From assembly GCA_038106605.1 (NCBI GenBank), contig JAYOEF010000005.1, positions 1 through 58,650 on the forward strand: DNA of 58,650 nucleotides, in the 5' to 3' direction. Under the pieces are notes generated by a model. That model was given only the letters and a program-made list of their open reading frames with translations. It did not search any database and was not told the DNA's origin. Origin of the DNA: Alphaproteobacteria bacterium. GTDB taxonomy: Bacteria; Pseudomonadota; Alphaproteobacteria; MPNO01; UBA830. Position numbers and translations under genes: made by a program. The stretch's first letter is position 1; each line of letters begins with the position of its first letter. Positions 1 through 10,442 of this stretch are shown here, piece by piece.

Positions 1-459
1 AACCTGATCTACCGCGAGTCGACGCTGCTCGACCGCCGCGAATGGTACGACTGGATCGATCTCTATACCGAGGACGCCGTCTACTGGGTGCCGTCCTGGG
101 CGAACGAGGAGGAGACGACGGACGATCCCGAGCTCCAGCTCAACCTGATCTACCTGCGTAACCGGGGCGGTCTCGAAGACCGTGTGTTCCGCATCGAATC
201 ACGGGATTCCTACGCATCGGTGCCGCTCGATCGCACCGTCCATGTCGTCGGCAACGTCCTCGTCGAGGAGGACGGGGAAGAGGTCCAGGCGACCGCGAAC
301 TGCATCGTCCATTCCTACGGCAAGAAGGGCAGCCTCACGCGCGGCAGCCTCTACGACTTCACGCTGCGCCGCGTCGACGGCGAGCTGAAGATCTGCCGGA
401 AGAAGATCGTTTTCGTCGACGATCGGCTTGAGGGGCCGATCGACGTGTATCACCTCTGA
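1..459 (+). CDS. Aromatic-ring-hydroxylating dioxygenase beta (small) subunit, 5'-truncated by window edge
   Basis: Frame 1 is open from base 1 (NLIYRESTLLDRREWYDWIDLYTEDAVYWVP...RGGLEDRVFRI...LKICRKKI..DVYHL), resembling BenB/XylY; a BenC-like reductase follows. Confidence 0.85.
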   Translation, partial: NLIYRESTLLDRREWYDWIDLYTEDAVYWVPSWANEEETTDDPELQLNLIYLRNRGGLEDRVFRIESRDSYASVPLDRTVHVVGNVLVEEDGEEVQATANCIVHSYGKKGSLTRGSLYDFTLRRVDGELKICRKKIVFVDDRLEGPIDVYHL

Positions 460-1496
460 TGCTCGCGCTGTGCAAGGTCGCGGCCATGCCGGGCGGCGTC
501 GCCGTCCGGTCGTGGGAGCCCCGGGATGCCGGTCCGGGCGAGATCCGTCTCAAGGTGGGCGCCGCGGGCATCTGCGGCACCGACATGCAGATCTACAACT
601 GGGCGCCCCGGATGGCGCGGCGGATGTCGCTGCCGCGCGTCCTCGGCCATGAGGTGAGCGGCGTCGTCGACCAGGTCGGCGAGGGCGTCACCAACGTCGT
701 GCTCGGCGATCATGTCAGCTTGGAGAGCCACATCTATTGCGGCGTCTGCCGTCCGTGCCGGCTGGGCCGCGCGCATCTCTGCAACGCGACGAAGTATCCC
801 GGCATCGACATCGACGGCGCCTTCGCCGACTACGTGACGGTTCCCTCGGTCATCGCGTGGAAGAACCCGAAGGACCTGCCGCACTACACAGGCGCGATGC
901 TGGAGCCGTTCGGCATCGCGGTGCATGCCTGCCTCGAAGGCTCGGGCGTGTCGGGGCAGACCGTGCTCGTCAACGGCTGCGGGCCGATCGGGCTGATGGC
1001 GGTCGCCGTCGCACGCGTCCTGGGCGCGTCCAAGGTGATCGCCGCGGATCTCAACCCGATCCGTCTCAAGACGGCGGAGACCATGGGCGCCGACCGCGTC
1101 CTCAATCCCCGCGAGGATAACGTTGCCGCCGCGGTGCGCGACATGACGGGCGGCGAGGGCGCTGACGTCGGCATCGAGTTCTCGGGCTCCGAGGGCGGCT
1201 TCCGGGCGGTGTTCGACGCGCTCTGCAAGGGCGGCGACTTCCGCCTCGTCGGCGCCCCCCCTCGCGAGATCGCGGTCGACTTCACCTTCTGGCTTCTCAA
1301 GTGCCCGCGGATGATCAACATCCACGGAAGGCGGATCTGGGACACGTGGCAGAAATCGACCGAGTTGGTCTATTCCGGCGCGATCGACCTCACGCCGATC
1401 CAGAGCCACGTCCTGCCCCTGTCCGAGGCGACCGAAGGGTTCGAGTTGATCCGGCGCGGCGATGCGGTTAAGCCGCTTCTCGTACCGGAAGGATAG
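459..1496 (+). CDS. Zn-dependent medium-chain dehydrogenase, L-threonine 3-dehydrogenase-like
   Basis: CGTD, GHE, structural-Zn CxxCxxC-x7-C and GCGPIG motifs; start overlaps the upstream stop (TGATG). Confidence 0.85.
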   Translation: MLALCKVAAMPGGVAVRSWEPRDAGPGEIRLKVGAAGICGTDMQIYNWAPRMARRMSLPRVLGHEVSGVVDQVGEGVTNVVLGDHVSLESHIYCGVCRPCRLGRAHLCNATKYPGIDIDGAFADYVTVPSVIAWKNPKDLPHYTGAMLEPFGIAVHACLEGSGVSGQTVLVNGCGPIGLMAVAVARVLGASKVIAADLNPIRLKTAETMGADRVLNPREDNVAAAVRDMTGGEGADVGIEFSGSEGGFRAVFDALCKGGDFRLVGAPPREIAVDFTFWLLKCPRMINIHGRRIWDTWQKSTELVYSGAIDLTPIQSHVLPLSEATEGFELIRRGDAVKPLLVPEG

Positions 1497-1502
1497 GAGC
1501 CG

Positions 1503-2525
1503 ATGAGCACGCACAAGGTGACGCTCGTCTTCGAGGACGGGCGGGTGGTCAAGTTCGACGCGAGCGAGACCGACACGATCTATTTCGCGGCGCTGAAGAA
1601 CCGGGTCCGCATCCTGACCGATTGCCTAGAAGGCGCGTGTGCGACCTGCAAGGGCCTCTGTACGACGGGCGAGTACGCGCTCGACGACCATTCGGACGAG
1701 GCGCTTTCGGCCGACGAGGCGGCACGGCGGGAAGTTCTCACCTGCCGCATGCACGTGAAGTCCGACTGCGTCATCGAGTTTCCGTACGAGTCGAAACTCG
1801 CCCTGAAATCCGCGCCGGAAATGCGGAAGGCCAAGGTCGCCGAGGTCGGCATGATCTCGTCGACCGTCGCGCGCCTCGTCGTCGAGCCCGCGGCCGGCAG
1901 CCCGCCGATCTCGTTCATTCCCGGCCAGTACGTGCATCTCTCGGTGCCGGGCACGTCGGATCACCGGTCCTACTCGTTCGCGAACGGCGCGTTCGAGACC
2001 GGGCGATACACCTTCTACGTCAAGGTGCTGGAGCAGGGCGCGATGAGCGATTACCTGTCGCAGCGCGCCGCGCCCGGCGACGATATGAATGTGACCGGCC
2101 CGTTCGGGCGGTTCTATCTGCGTCCCGTGCAGCGCCCGGTCCTGATGGTCGCCGGCGGCACCGGCCTCGCGCCGATGCTGAGCATGCTCGATACGATCGC
2201 GGCCGACGGCGGAACCGACCGGCCCATCCATCTGCTCTACGGCGCAAACGACCCGGCCGAGCTGTTCGCGCTCGATCAGCTCCAGGGTTACGACCAGCAG
2301 GGGATCGATCTCACGACCGAGCTCTGCGTCGTCGACGGGGGCGGGGGGTGGACCGGCGCGACCGGTCACGTCACCTCGCTGCTGCGGCCCGAACTGCTCA
2401 ACGGCGGCGACTGCGAGGTCTATCTGTGCGGCCCGCCGCCGATGATCGACGCGGCCGAGAAATGGCTCGCCGACAAAGGCGCTCCCGCGGCGCTCATCCA
2501 TGCGGAGAAGTTCGTCCCGAGCTGA
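1503..2525 (+). CDS. BenC/XylZ-type oxygenase reductase (2Fe-2S + FAD + NAD domains)
   Basis: CLEGACATC...LTC ferredoxin motif, RSYS, GAMS, AGGTGLAP, YLCGPPPM, EKF; GGAG RBS. Confidence 0.9.
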   Translation: MSTHKVTLVFEDGRVVKFDASETDTIYFAALKNRVRILTDCLEGACATCKGLCTTGEYALDDHSDEALSADEAARREVLTCRMHVKSDCVIEFPYESKLALKSAPEMRKAKVAEVGMISSTVARLVVEPAAGSPPISFIPGQYVHLSVPGTSDHRSYSFANGAFETGRYTFYVKVLEQGAMSDYLSQRAAPGDDMNVTGPFGRFYLRPVQRPVLMVAGGTGLAPMLSMLDTIAADGGTDRPIHLLYGANDPAELFALDQLQGYDQQGIDLTTELCVVDGGGGWTGATGHVTSLLRPELLNGGDCEVYLCGPPPMIDAAEKWLADKGAPAALIHAEKFVPS

Positions 2526-2548
2526 ATGCGGGGAAATATCCCGGAATT

Positions 2549-2576
2549 AAAAAAGGCGGCCTCAGGCCGCCTTTTT
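2549..2576. terminator. Bidirectional intrinsic terminator
   Basis: AAAAAA-GGCGGCC-tca-GGCCGCC-TTTTT between convergent genes. Confidence 0.85.
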
Positions 2577-2594
2577 CGTTTGTTTGTCCGCGTA

Positions 2595-3407
2595 TCAGGC
2601 GTTGCGGCGCCGGCTCAGGCCGAGACCGAGGAGGCCGAGGCCGAAGACCGCGAGCATGCCGGGCTCGGGCACCTGGAACATCTGGTCGCCGGTGAGGGCC
2701 ACGTTGGAGATACGGATGTCGGTGAGCGTGCCGTTGAAGAACGCGAACTGGTTCTCGACCGATCCGATCCAGAGGTCGCTGTCCGTATCGCCGTAGTAGG
2801 GCACGTTGCTGCCGATGTTGACGCTCGCGACTTCCGTCTGGTCGACGAAGATCCGCATGAAGTTGTCGGTATCGTTGATGTCGTCGAAGTCGAATACGGT
2901 CGCGATGTTCTGGCTTGCGTTCGTCGAGACCGCGCCGGCCGTCGTCGAAAGGTCGAAATTCCCGCCGGTACCGGTGTAGAGATGGAAGATCAGGCTACCG
3001 TCGGGGTTGAGGACGATGTAGTAGGGGTCCTTGCCGGGATCGGGGTCGCCCATGAAGATCGGCAGCGAGCCGCCGATGGTCGAGCCCGTGATCACGCCGA
3101 CCTCGATGGTGAAGTCGCCGGTGAGCTCGAGGTCGCCGCCGCTGGTGCTGTCGACGAAAACGGTCTGATTGACGCCGTTGAAGCTCAGCCCGGTCGTTCC
3201 GAAGTTGCTGACCGCGCCGCTTACATAGACAGGGCCGTTGATCGCGACGCCGTTGTTTCCGCCGACAGAGTCGATCACCGTCGTCGCGGGCGATCCTGGA
3301 ATTCCGTCTTCGAACGTCCAGTGCGCGATTGTCGCCGCGCGCGCCGTCGATAGTCCGACGAAGACCGCAAGCAGCGAGACGACGTAAAGGGCGAGAAACT
3401 TTTTCAT
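2595..3407 (-). CDS. PEP-CTERM sorting-domain surface protein with LamG-like (concanavalin A-like) domain
   Basis: Signal peptide MKKFLAL...ARA; AHWTFED, GLSFNG, FTIE, LWIG, FNGTLTDIRISNVALT; C-terminal VPEPG + TM + RRR. Start moved from the ORF track to ATG 3407. Confidence 0.9.
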   Translation of the reverse strand: MKKFLALYVVSLLAVFVGLSTARAATIAHWTFEDGIPGSPATTVIDSVGGNNGVAINGPVYVSGAVSNFGTTGLSFNGVNQTVFVDSTSGGDLELTGDFTIEVGVITGSTIGGSLPIFMGDPDPGKDPYYIVLNPDGSLIFHLYTGTGGNFDLSTTAGAVSTNASQNIATVFDFDDINDTDNFMRIFVDQTEVASVNIGSNVPYYGDTDSDLWIGSVENQFAFFNGTLTDIRISNVALTGDQMFQVPEPGMLAVFGLGLLGLGLSRRRNA

Positions 3408-3526
3408 CGTGACACCTTTGTTACGCGCTGTTTCTGTGCGGCGTCCGGCCGGGCACCCGGATCCGCCAGCCCGTCGAGTCGTTAAGGATAGTGAACAACC
3501 GTGCGAACAATAGCTGGAGGTCGTCA

Positions 3527-3542
3527 TGCAATTTCCGTGCCA
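3527..3542 (-). promoter_or_regulatory. sigma54 (-24/-12) promoter of the PEP-CTERM gene
   Basis: Minus strand TGGCAC-GGAAA-TTGCA, matching the consensus, about 120 bp upstream of the start. Confidence 0.85.
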
Positions 3543-3606
3543 GATTTCGATTCTTGCGTAGATTCAACCGGTTGAATGGATTTCAGAGGCGTCGGCGTCT
3601 GTCCGG

Positions 3607-3665
3607 CGTAAAATATCTCGACAACTTTGGGGCGGCTTTTCACACGGCTGTAAAAAAATTTAACG
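3607..3665. promoter_or_regulatory. Putative enhancer sites for a PrsR-type sigma54 activator
   Basis: 17-mers CGTAAAATATCTCGACA (3607-3623) and TGTAAAAAAATTTAACG (3649-3665), 65-125 bp upstream of the -24 box; they resemble the GTAAA-N5-CGACA motif I recall upstream of PEP-CTERM genes. Confidence 0.55.
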
Positions 3666-3814
3666 CCCTTGCAGGTCGTCTGCGGCCCGGTCCCCGAGAC
3701 GGGAAAGGGCCGAGCATATGTGTCGCAAATCGCTTTACAGGCTGTTAACGACTGCGGCCGCCGGGACATTCCGACGCAGGACGCACCATTCGGGGAAATA
3801 GCGGAGATGCGCGG

Positions 3815-3865
3815 TTGACACGCGGGCGCGAAAGCTTATTTTCCCTTTGTGTACCGATCTGGTGC
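3815..3865 (+). promoter_or_regulatory. Putative sigma70 promoter and Rrf2 operator of the suf operon
   Basis: TTGACA (3815-3820), TATTTT 16 bp later, then imperfect palindrome GTACC-GATCT-GGTGC (3851-3865). Confidence 0.4.
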
Positions 3866-3891
3866 GAATTTATGCAAGCGGCTGAAAATCA

Positions 3892-4341
3892 ATGATTAAA
3901 TTGAGCCGAATGGCGGATTACGGGGTCATCCTGATGGTCCAGCTTGCCCGGGCGTCCACCCAGAGGACGACCGCGGCGGAGCTGGCCGACTCGACCGCGC
4001 TTCCGCTGCCCACGGTCAGCAAGCTCCTGAAGCAGCTGGCCTCGGCCGGACTTCTCGTTTCGCACCGGGGCGCCGCAGGCGGCTACGGCCTGTCGCGCCA
4101 GCCCGCGGACATCTCGGTCGCACAGGTCATCGCCGCACTCGACGGGCCGATCGCGCTGACCGAGTGCATCACCGCCGAAGGCGCCGCCTGCGAGATGGAG
4201 GCGCTCTGCCCGACCCGCACCAACTGGCGCCAGATTAACGATGCGCTCGTCGGCGCCCTGGCGAAGGTGAGCGTTGCCGACATGGCGCGCCCCGTGTTCG
4301 ACACGGTCCCGCCGGCGCAACCCGTCGCCGCGGCGCTCTGA
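3892..4341 (+). CDS. SUF-system Rrf2/IscR-family transcriptional regulator
   Basis: [11 protein letters not shown], w[10 protein letters not shown], three Cys (C-x7-C-x5-C); first gene of the suf operon. Confidence 0.9.
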   Translation: MIKLSRMADYGVILMVQLARASTQRTTAAELADSTALPLPTVSKLLKQLASAGLLVSHRGAAGGYGLSRQPADISVAQVIAALDGPIALTECITAEGAACEMEALCPTRTNWRQINDALVGALAKVSVADMARPVFDTVPPAQPVAAAL

Positions 4342-4351
4342 GGTAACGAAT

Positions 4352-5824
4352 ATGGCCACTCCCGCCGAAACCGCTCCCGCGATGCCTGCTCCCTCGATGG
4401 AGGATGTCGCCCGCCGCGACTACAAGTACGGCTTCGTCACCGACATCGATTCCGAGTTCGCGCCCCAGGGACTGAACGAGGATATCGTCCGTTTCATCTC
4501 GGCCAAGAAGGGCGAGCCGGAATGGCTGCTCGAATGGCGCCTGACGGCCTACCGCCACTGGCTGACCATGACCGAGCCGGAGTGGGCGTTCGTCCATTAT
4601 CCCAAGATCGATTTCCAGGACGCCTACTACTACGCGGCGCCGAAGAGCAGCGCCGACAAGCCGAAGAGCCTCGACGAGGTCGATCCGAAGCTCCTGGAGA
4701 CCTACGAGAAGCTCGGCATTCCGCTGGCGGAACGCGCGATCCTCGCGGGTGTCGCGGTCGATGCGGTGTTCGACAGCGTCTCGGTCGCGACCACCTTCAA
4801 GGAGAAGCTGACCGAGAAGGGCGTCGTGTTCTGCCCGATTTCCGAGGCGGTCCACAGCCACCCCGAGCTGGTGAAGAAGTATCTCGGCACCGTCGTGCCC
4901 TACGCCGACAACTTCTATGCGACGCTCAATTCCGCCGTGTTCAGCGACGGCACCTTCGTCTACGTGCCGAAGGGCGTGCGCTGCCCGATGGAGCTCAGCA
5001 CCTATTTCCGCATCAACGCCGCGAAGACCGGCCAGTTCGAGCGCACGCTTATCATTGCGGACGAGGGGAGCTACGTTTCCTACCTCGAAGGCTGCACCGC
5101 GCCGATGCGGGACGAGAACCAGATGCATGCCGCGGTGGTCGAGCTGGTCGCCATGGACAACGCCGAGATCAAGTACTCGACCGTCCAGAACTGGTTCCCG
5201 GGCGACGAGAACGGCAAGGGCGGCATCTACAACTTCGTCACCAAGCGCGCAGCATGCCGCGGGCGGAATTCGAAGGTCTCCTGGACCCAGGTCGAGACCG
5301 GTTCCGCCGTTACCTGGAAATATCCGAGCTGCATCCTCGAAGGCGACGGCTCGATCGGCGAGTTCTACTCGGTCGCGATCACCAACAACTACCAGCAGGC
5401 CGATACCGGCACCAAGATGATCCATATCGGGAAGAACACCCGGAGCACGATCATCTCGAAGGGCATCTCGGCCGGGAAGGGCCAGAACACCTATCGCGGC
5501 CTCGTCAAGGCGATGGCCGGTGCGGACGGTGCGCGCAACTACACCCAGTGCGACTCGCTCCTGATCGGCGACGAGTGCGGCGCGCACACGGTCCCCTACA
5601 TCGAGGTCTCGAACCCGAGCGTTCAGGTCGAGCACGAGGCGACGACCTCGAAGATCAGCGAGGACCAGATGTTCTACTGCCAGCAGCGCGGGCTCGACCC
5701 CGAGGCGGCGGTGTCGCTGATCGTCAACGGCTTCTGCAAGGAGGTGCTGCAGGAGCTGCCGATGGAATTCGCCGTCGAGGCGCAAAAGCTGCTGGGCGTG
5801 ACGCTCGAAGGCAGCGTGGGATGA
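4352..5824 (+). CDS. sufB: Fe-S cluster assembly scaffold SufB
   Basis: [52 protein letters not shown]; GAGG RBS before ATG 4352. Confidence 0.97.
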   Translation: MATPAETAPAMPAPSMEDVARRDYKYGFVTDIDSEFAPQGLNEDIVRFISAKKGEPEWLLEWRLTAYRHWLTMTEPEWAFVHYPKIDFQDAYYYAAPKSSADKPKSLDEVDPKLLETYEKLGIPLAERAILAGVAVDAVFDSVSVATTFKEKLTEKGVVFCPISEAVHSHPELVKKYLGTVVPYADNFYATLNSAVFSDGTFVYVPKGVRCPMELSTYFRINAAKTGQFERTLIIADEGSYVSYLEGCTAPMRDENQMHAAVVELVAMDNAEIKYSTVQNWFPGDENGKGGIYNFVTKRAACRGRNSKVSWTQVETGSAVTWKYPSCILEGDGSIGEFYSVAITNNYQQADTGTKMIHIGKNTRSTIISKGISAGKGQNTYRGLVKAMAGADGARNYTQCDSLLIGDECGAHTVPYIEVSNPSVQVEHEATTSKISEDQMFYCQQRGLDPEAAVSLIVNGFCKEVLQELPMEFAVEAQKLLGVTLEGSVG

Positions 5825-5834
5825 GGAACTTACG

Positions 5835-6602
<768 letters not shown>

Positions 6603-6618
6603 GGGCGGCGAAGCAGGC

Positions 6619-7923
6619 ATGATGGCAGACAGCAGCGTCGAGACGTTCGTCGAGAGCTTCGAACGCGCACGCAATGCGCTTCCGGGCTCGAAGCTCTCCG
6701 AGATGCGCGGCAGCGCGATTGCCGCGTTCGCGCGGGATGGTTTCCCGACGCCTCGCCTCGAATCCTGGAAATACACCAACCTCAACCGGCTTTCGCGCGC
6801 CGCGTTCGATCCGCTCGCCGACGTCGCATCTGTCGAGGCCTCGGCTTGGGCGGATCTCCGCATCGCCGGCGCCGACGTGATCGTGATCGCGAACGGCCGC
6901 TACGACGCGGCGGCGTCGTCCGTCGGCAGCCTGCCGGCCGGGACCGTGCTTTCGCCGTTGTCCGAGGCAATCGACGGTGTTGAGGCCGAGTTCCGCGAGG
7001 CGGAAGAGGGCGCTGCAGGCTCTCTCGTCGCCCTCAATACGGCCTTCATGCGCGACGGCCTCGTCCTTCGCCTGCCTAAAGGCGCCGTGCTCGCGCGTCC
7101 CGTCCAGATTCTCCATGTCGTCGACGGCGGCGCGAAAAGCCTTTCGGTCCATCCGCGCACGCTGATCGTCACGGGCGAGAATTCCGAGGCGACCGTGATC
7201 GAGACCTTCGCAGGCGCCGGCGAGGCGGCCTACTGGACCAACGCCGTCACAGAGATCCGCGTCGGTGCGAACGCCGGCATCCGCCACTACAAGCGCCAGT
7301 CCGAGGCGGTCTCCGCTTTCCACACGGCGGTCTCCCGCGTCCGGCTCGACCGCGACGCACGCTACGAGGCGGTCGCCTTGGCGACCGGTGCCGCACTTTC
7401 GCGGAACGAGCTCCGCGTCTCCTTCGAGGGCTCAGGCGCCGATGCCGAACTCAGGGGCGGAGCGCTGCTGCGCGGACGCCAGCATGCCGACAACACGACC
7501 GAGGCCGACCACCGCGTGCCCCATACGTCGAGCCGCCAGGTCTTCCGCAACGTGCTCGACGGCCGGTCGCGCTCGGTGTTCCAGGGCGGCGTGATCGTCG
7601 AGAAGGACGCGCAGAAGACGGATTCGAGCCAGTCGAACCGCAACCTGCTGCTGTCCGCGGGCGCCCAGGCCGACACGAAGCCCGAGCTCCGCATCTTCGC
7701 CGACGACGTGAAGTGCGCTCATGGCGCGACCGTCGGCGACCTCGACCGCACGGCGCTGTTCTACCTCAACAGCCGCGGCATTCCGCCCGACGAGGCGAAG
7801 GCCCTGCTGATCGGCGCGTTCGTCGGCGAGATCGCCGAGACCATCGCCGACGAGGCGGTGAAGGCGCATTTCGACGCGGCGATCGCGGGCTGGATGACCG
7901 GCCTCGGCGGGGAAGGGGCGTAA
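6619..7923 (+). CDS. sufD: Fe-S cluster assembly protein SufD
   Basis: ESWKYT, AQKTDS.Q.NRNLLL, KPELRIFADDVKCAHGATVG. Confidence 0.95.
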   Translation: MMADSSVETFVESFERARNALPGSKLSEMRGSAIAAFARDGFPTPRLESWKYTNLNRLSRAAFDPLADVASVEASAWADLRIAGADVIVIANGRYDAAASSVGSLPAGTVLSPLSEAIDGVEAEFREAEEGAAGSLVALNTAFMRDGLVLRLPKGAVLARPVQILHVVDGGAKSLSVHPRTLIVTGENSEATVIETFAGAGEAAYWTNAVTEIRVGANAGIRHYKRQSEAVSAFHTAVSRVRLDRDARYEAVALATGAALSRNELRVSFEGSGADAELRGGALLRGRQHADNTTEADHRVPHTSSRQVFRNVLDGRSRSVFQGGVIVEKDAQKTDSSQSNRNLLLSAGAQADTKPELRIFADDVKCAHGATVGDLDRTALFYLNSRGIPPDEAKALLIGAFVGEIAETIADEAVKAHFDAAIAGWMTGLGGEGA

Positions 7924-7924
7924 A

Positions 7925-9160
7925 ATGACCGGAAGCGCCGGCGCCTATCCCATCGACCGCATCCGGAGCGATTTCCCGATCCTGTCGGAGAAGATCCGCG
8001 GCAAGGCGCTCGTCTATCTCGACAACGGCGCCAGCGCGCAGAAGCCGCGTGCGGTGATCGATCGTATCTCGAAGACCTACGAGACCGAGTACGCGAACGT
8101 CCATCGCGGCGTCCACTACATGAGCCAGAAGGCAACCGACGCCATGGAGGCCGCGCGCCTCCGGGTGAAAGAGTTCCTAAACGCGGCCTCCGAAAAGGAA
8201 TGCATCTTCGTCCGAGGCGCGACGGAGGGAATAAATCTGGTCGCGTCGAGCTGGGGCCGAGCCAGTCTCAAACCCGGCGACGAGATCGTCCTTTCGGTGC
8301 TGGAGCACCATTCGAACATCGTCCCGTGGCAGATGATCGCCGAACAGACCGGCGCGGTAATCCGCGTCGTCCCGGTCGACGACCGCGGCGTTTTCCTGAT
8401 GGACGAATACGAGAAGCTCCTGTCGCCGAAGACCCGGATGGTCGCCGTCACGCACGTCTCGAACGCGCTCGGCACAGTGGTGCCGGTGAAGGACGTCGTC
8501 CGGATGGCGCACGGGGTCGGCGCGGTCGTGCTCCTCGACGGCTGCCAGGCAGCGCCCCACATCCGCCTCGACATGCAGGATCTGGGCGCCGATTTCTACG
8601 TCTTCTCCGGCCACAAGCTCTACGGGCCGAGCGGGATCGGCGTGCTCTACGGCCGGGAGGCGCTCCTGGACGCCATGCCGCCCTACCAGGGCGGCGGCGA
8701 GATGATCAACCGCGTCACCTTCGAGAAGACGACCTACGCCGAGCTGCCGTTCAAGTTCGAGGCGGGGACGCCCCACATCGCCGGCATCATTGCGCTGGGC
8801 TCGGCCATCGATTACGTGGAAAGCATCGGCTTCGAGGCGATTGCCGCCCACGAGCACGACCTCCTGTCCTACGCGACGGAAAAGCTCGCCGGGATCAACA
8901 GCGTCGAGATCATCGGCACCGCGCCGGAGAAGGCGGCGATCCTGTCGTTCAACATCCGCGACGTCCACCCGCATGACGTCGGCACCATCCTCGATTACGA
9001 CGGAATCGCGGTGCGCACCGGGCACCATTGCGCCCAGCCGATTATGGACCGGTTCGACGTTGCGGCCACCGTGCGGGCCTCGTTCGGGCTCTACAACACG
9101 CGCGCCGAGGTGGATGCGCTCGTCGAGGGCATCAAGCGCGTGCAGGAGATGTTCGCATGA
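7925..9160 (+). CDS. sufS: Cysteine desulfurase SufS
   Basis: YLDNGASAQKP, EHHSN, SGHK (PLP Lys), RTGHHCA (group II catalytic Cys). Confidence 0.97.
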   Translation: MTGSAGAYPIDRIRSDFPILSEKIRGKALVYLDNGASAQKPRAVIDRISKTYETEYANVHRGVHYMSQKATDAMEAARLRVKEFLNAASEKECIFVRGATEGINLVASSWGRASLKPGDEIVLSVLEHHSNIVPWQMIAEQTGAVIRVVPVDDRGVFLMDEYEKLLSPKTRMVAVTHVSNALGTVVPVKDVVRMAHGVGAVVLLDGCQAAPHIRLDMQDLGADFYVFSGHKLYGPSGIGVLYGREALLDAMPPYQGGGEMINRVTFEKTTYAELPFKFEAGTPHIAGIIALGSAIDYVESIGFEAIAAHEHDLLSYATEKLAGINSVEIIGTAPEKAAILSFNIRDVHPHDVGTILDYDGIAVRTGHHCAQPIMDRFDVAATVRASFGLYNTRAEVDALVEGIKRVQEMFA

Positions 9161-9603
9161 GCGACCTGCGCGAGCTCTATCAGGAGATCATCCTCGACCA
9201 CAGCCGCCATCCCCGGAACGCGGGGAAGATGGAGGATGCGACCGGCGAGGCGCAGGGCAACAACCCGCTGTGCGGCGACCGGGTCACTGTTTTCGTGAAG
9301 CTCGACGGCGACCGCATCGTGGACGCGCGCTTCGATGCGCGCGGCTGCGCGATCTCGGTCGCGTCCGCCTCGATGATGACCGAGCTGATCAAGGGCAAAA
9401 CCGTCGCCGAGGCCGAAGCGATCTTCCAGCGCTTCCACGAGCAGCTGACCGGAAAAGCCGCGCCCGTGACGGACGAGAACGACGAACTCGCCGCGCTCAT
9501 GGGCGTCCGCGAGTTTCCGACGCGGATCAAATGCGCGACGCTGCCCTGGCACACGTTCAGGGCTGCGCTCGAAGGCGAAAAAGACAGGGTGACGACGGAA
9601 TGA
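9157..9603 (+). CDS. sufU: SUF-system NifU-family sulfur-transfer protein SufU
   Basis: LYQEIILDH, NPLCGD, GCAIS, RIKCATLPWH; ATGA overlap with sufS. Confidence 0.92.
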   Translation: MSDLRELYQEIILDHSRHPRNAGKMEDATGEAQGNNPLCGDRVTVFVKLDGDRIVDARFDARGCAISVASASMMTELIKGKTVAEAEAIFQRFHEQLTGKAAPVTDENDELAALMGVREFPTRIKCATLPWHTFRAALEGEKDRVTTE

Positions 9604-9986
9604 GCGAGCTTCCGATGGACGATGCGATCAAGGCCGCGGCAGACAGCAGGGCGGCAGGCGATATCGAGGCGGGCGAGGGCGGCTCGCCGCTCCGCGCCGC
9701 CGTGATCGCGGCGATCTGCGAGTGCTACGACCCGGAAATCCCGGTGAACATCTACGAGCTCGGCCTAATCTACGACGTCGAGGTGAACGACGCGGGCAAG
9801 GTCAACCTCGTCATGACGCTGACCTCGCCCCATTGCCCGGTGGCCGAGATCCTGCCGGCGCAGGTGAAGACGAAGGTCGAGGAGGTCGAAGGCGTGGACG
9901 AGGTCGAGCTCGAGCTCACCTGGGACCCGCCCTGGAGCCCCGACATGATGTCGGAAGCCGCCAAGCTGGAACTCGGCTTCTTCTGA
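9600..9986 (+). CDS. DUF59/SufT-like Fe-S maturation protein
   Basis: DPEIPVNIYELGLIY, MTLTSPHCP, WDPPWS..MSEAAKLELG; ATGA overlap with sufU. Confidence 0.9.
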   Translation: MSELPMDDAIKAAADSRAAGDIEAGEGGSPLRAAVIAAICECYDPEIPVNIYELGLIYDVEVNDAGKVNLVMTLTSPHCPVAEILPAQVKTKVEEVEGVDEVELELTWDPPWSPDMMSEAAKLELGFF

Positions 9987-10033
9987 GAAAGAATATTAGG
10001 AAATTCCGGTGACTATCGGAAAAACGGAGAGAA

Positions 10034-10372
10034 ATGATGTCGAAAACGGTGATGACGCTGACGGACGCTGCAGCGAATCGGGTCAAATACCTGATGTCGA
10101 CGCGCGCCGAACCGGCCGACGGACTGCGCATCGGCATCCGCACCGGCGGCTGTTCCGGCATGGCCTACGAGATGGAGTTCGCCAAGGACAAGCAGCCGCT
10201 CGACGAGGTCGTCGAGGAGAAGGGCGTGCGCCTGTTCGTCGATTCCAAGGCGCTGATGTTCCTGATCGGGACCGAGATGGACTACGTCGAGGACAAGCTC
10301 CAGTCCGGCTTCGTGTTCAACAACCCGAATGAGAAGGGCCGCTGCGGCTGCGGGGAATCCTTCCACGTCTGA
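10034..10372 (+). CDS. A-type Fe-S carrier (SufA/IscA, HesB family)
   Basis: GGCSG and CGCGESF motifs. Confidence 0.95.
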   Translation: MMSKTVMTLTDAAANRVKYLMSTRAEPADGLRIGIRTGGCSGMAYEMEFAKDKQPLDEVVEEKGVRLFVDSKALMFLIGTEMDYVEDKLQSGFVFNNPNEKGRCGCGESFHV

Positions 10373-10442
10373 GCGTTTACGTCGGAAATGGCGGTAGTGC
10401 GTGGCGGCGGGATTGCCCGCCGCTTTCTACGAGGGGTACGAG

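Noticed and set aside
3491-3769. Small ORFs 3491-3748 (+) and 3524-3769 (-)
   Set aside because: AT-richer divergent promoter region containing sigma54 and enhancer motifs; atypical codon usage
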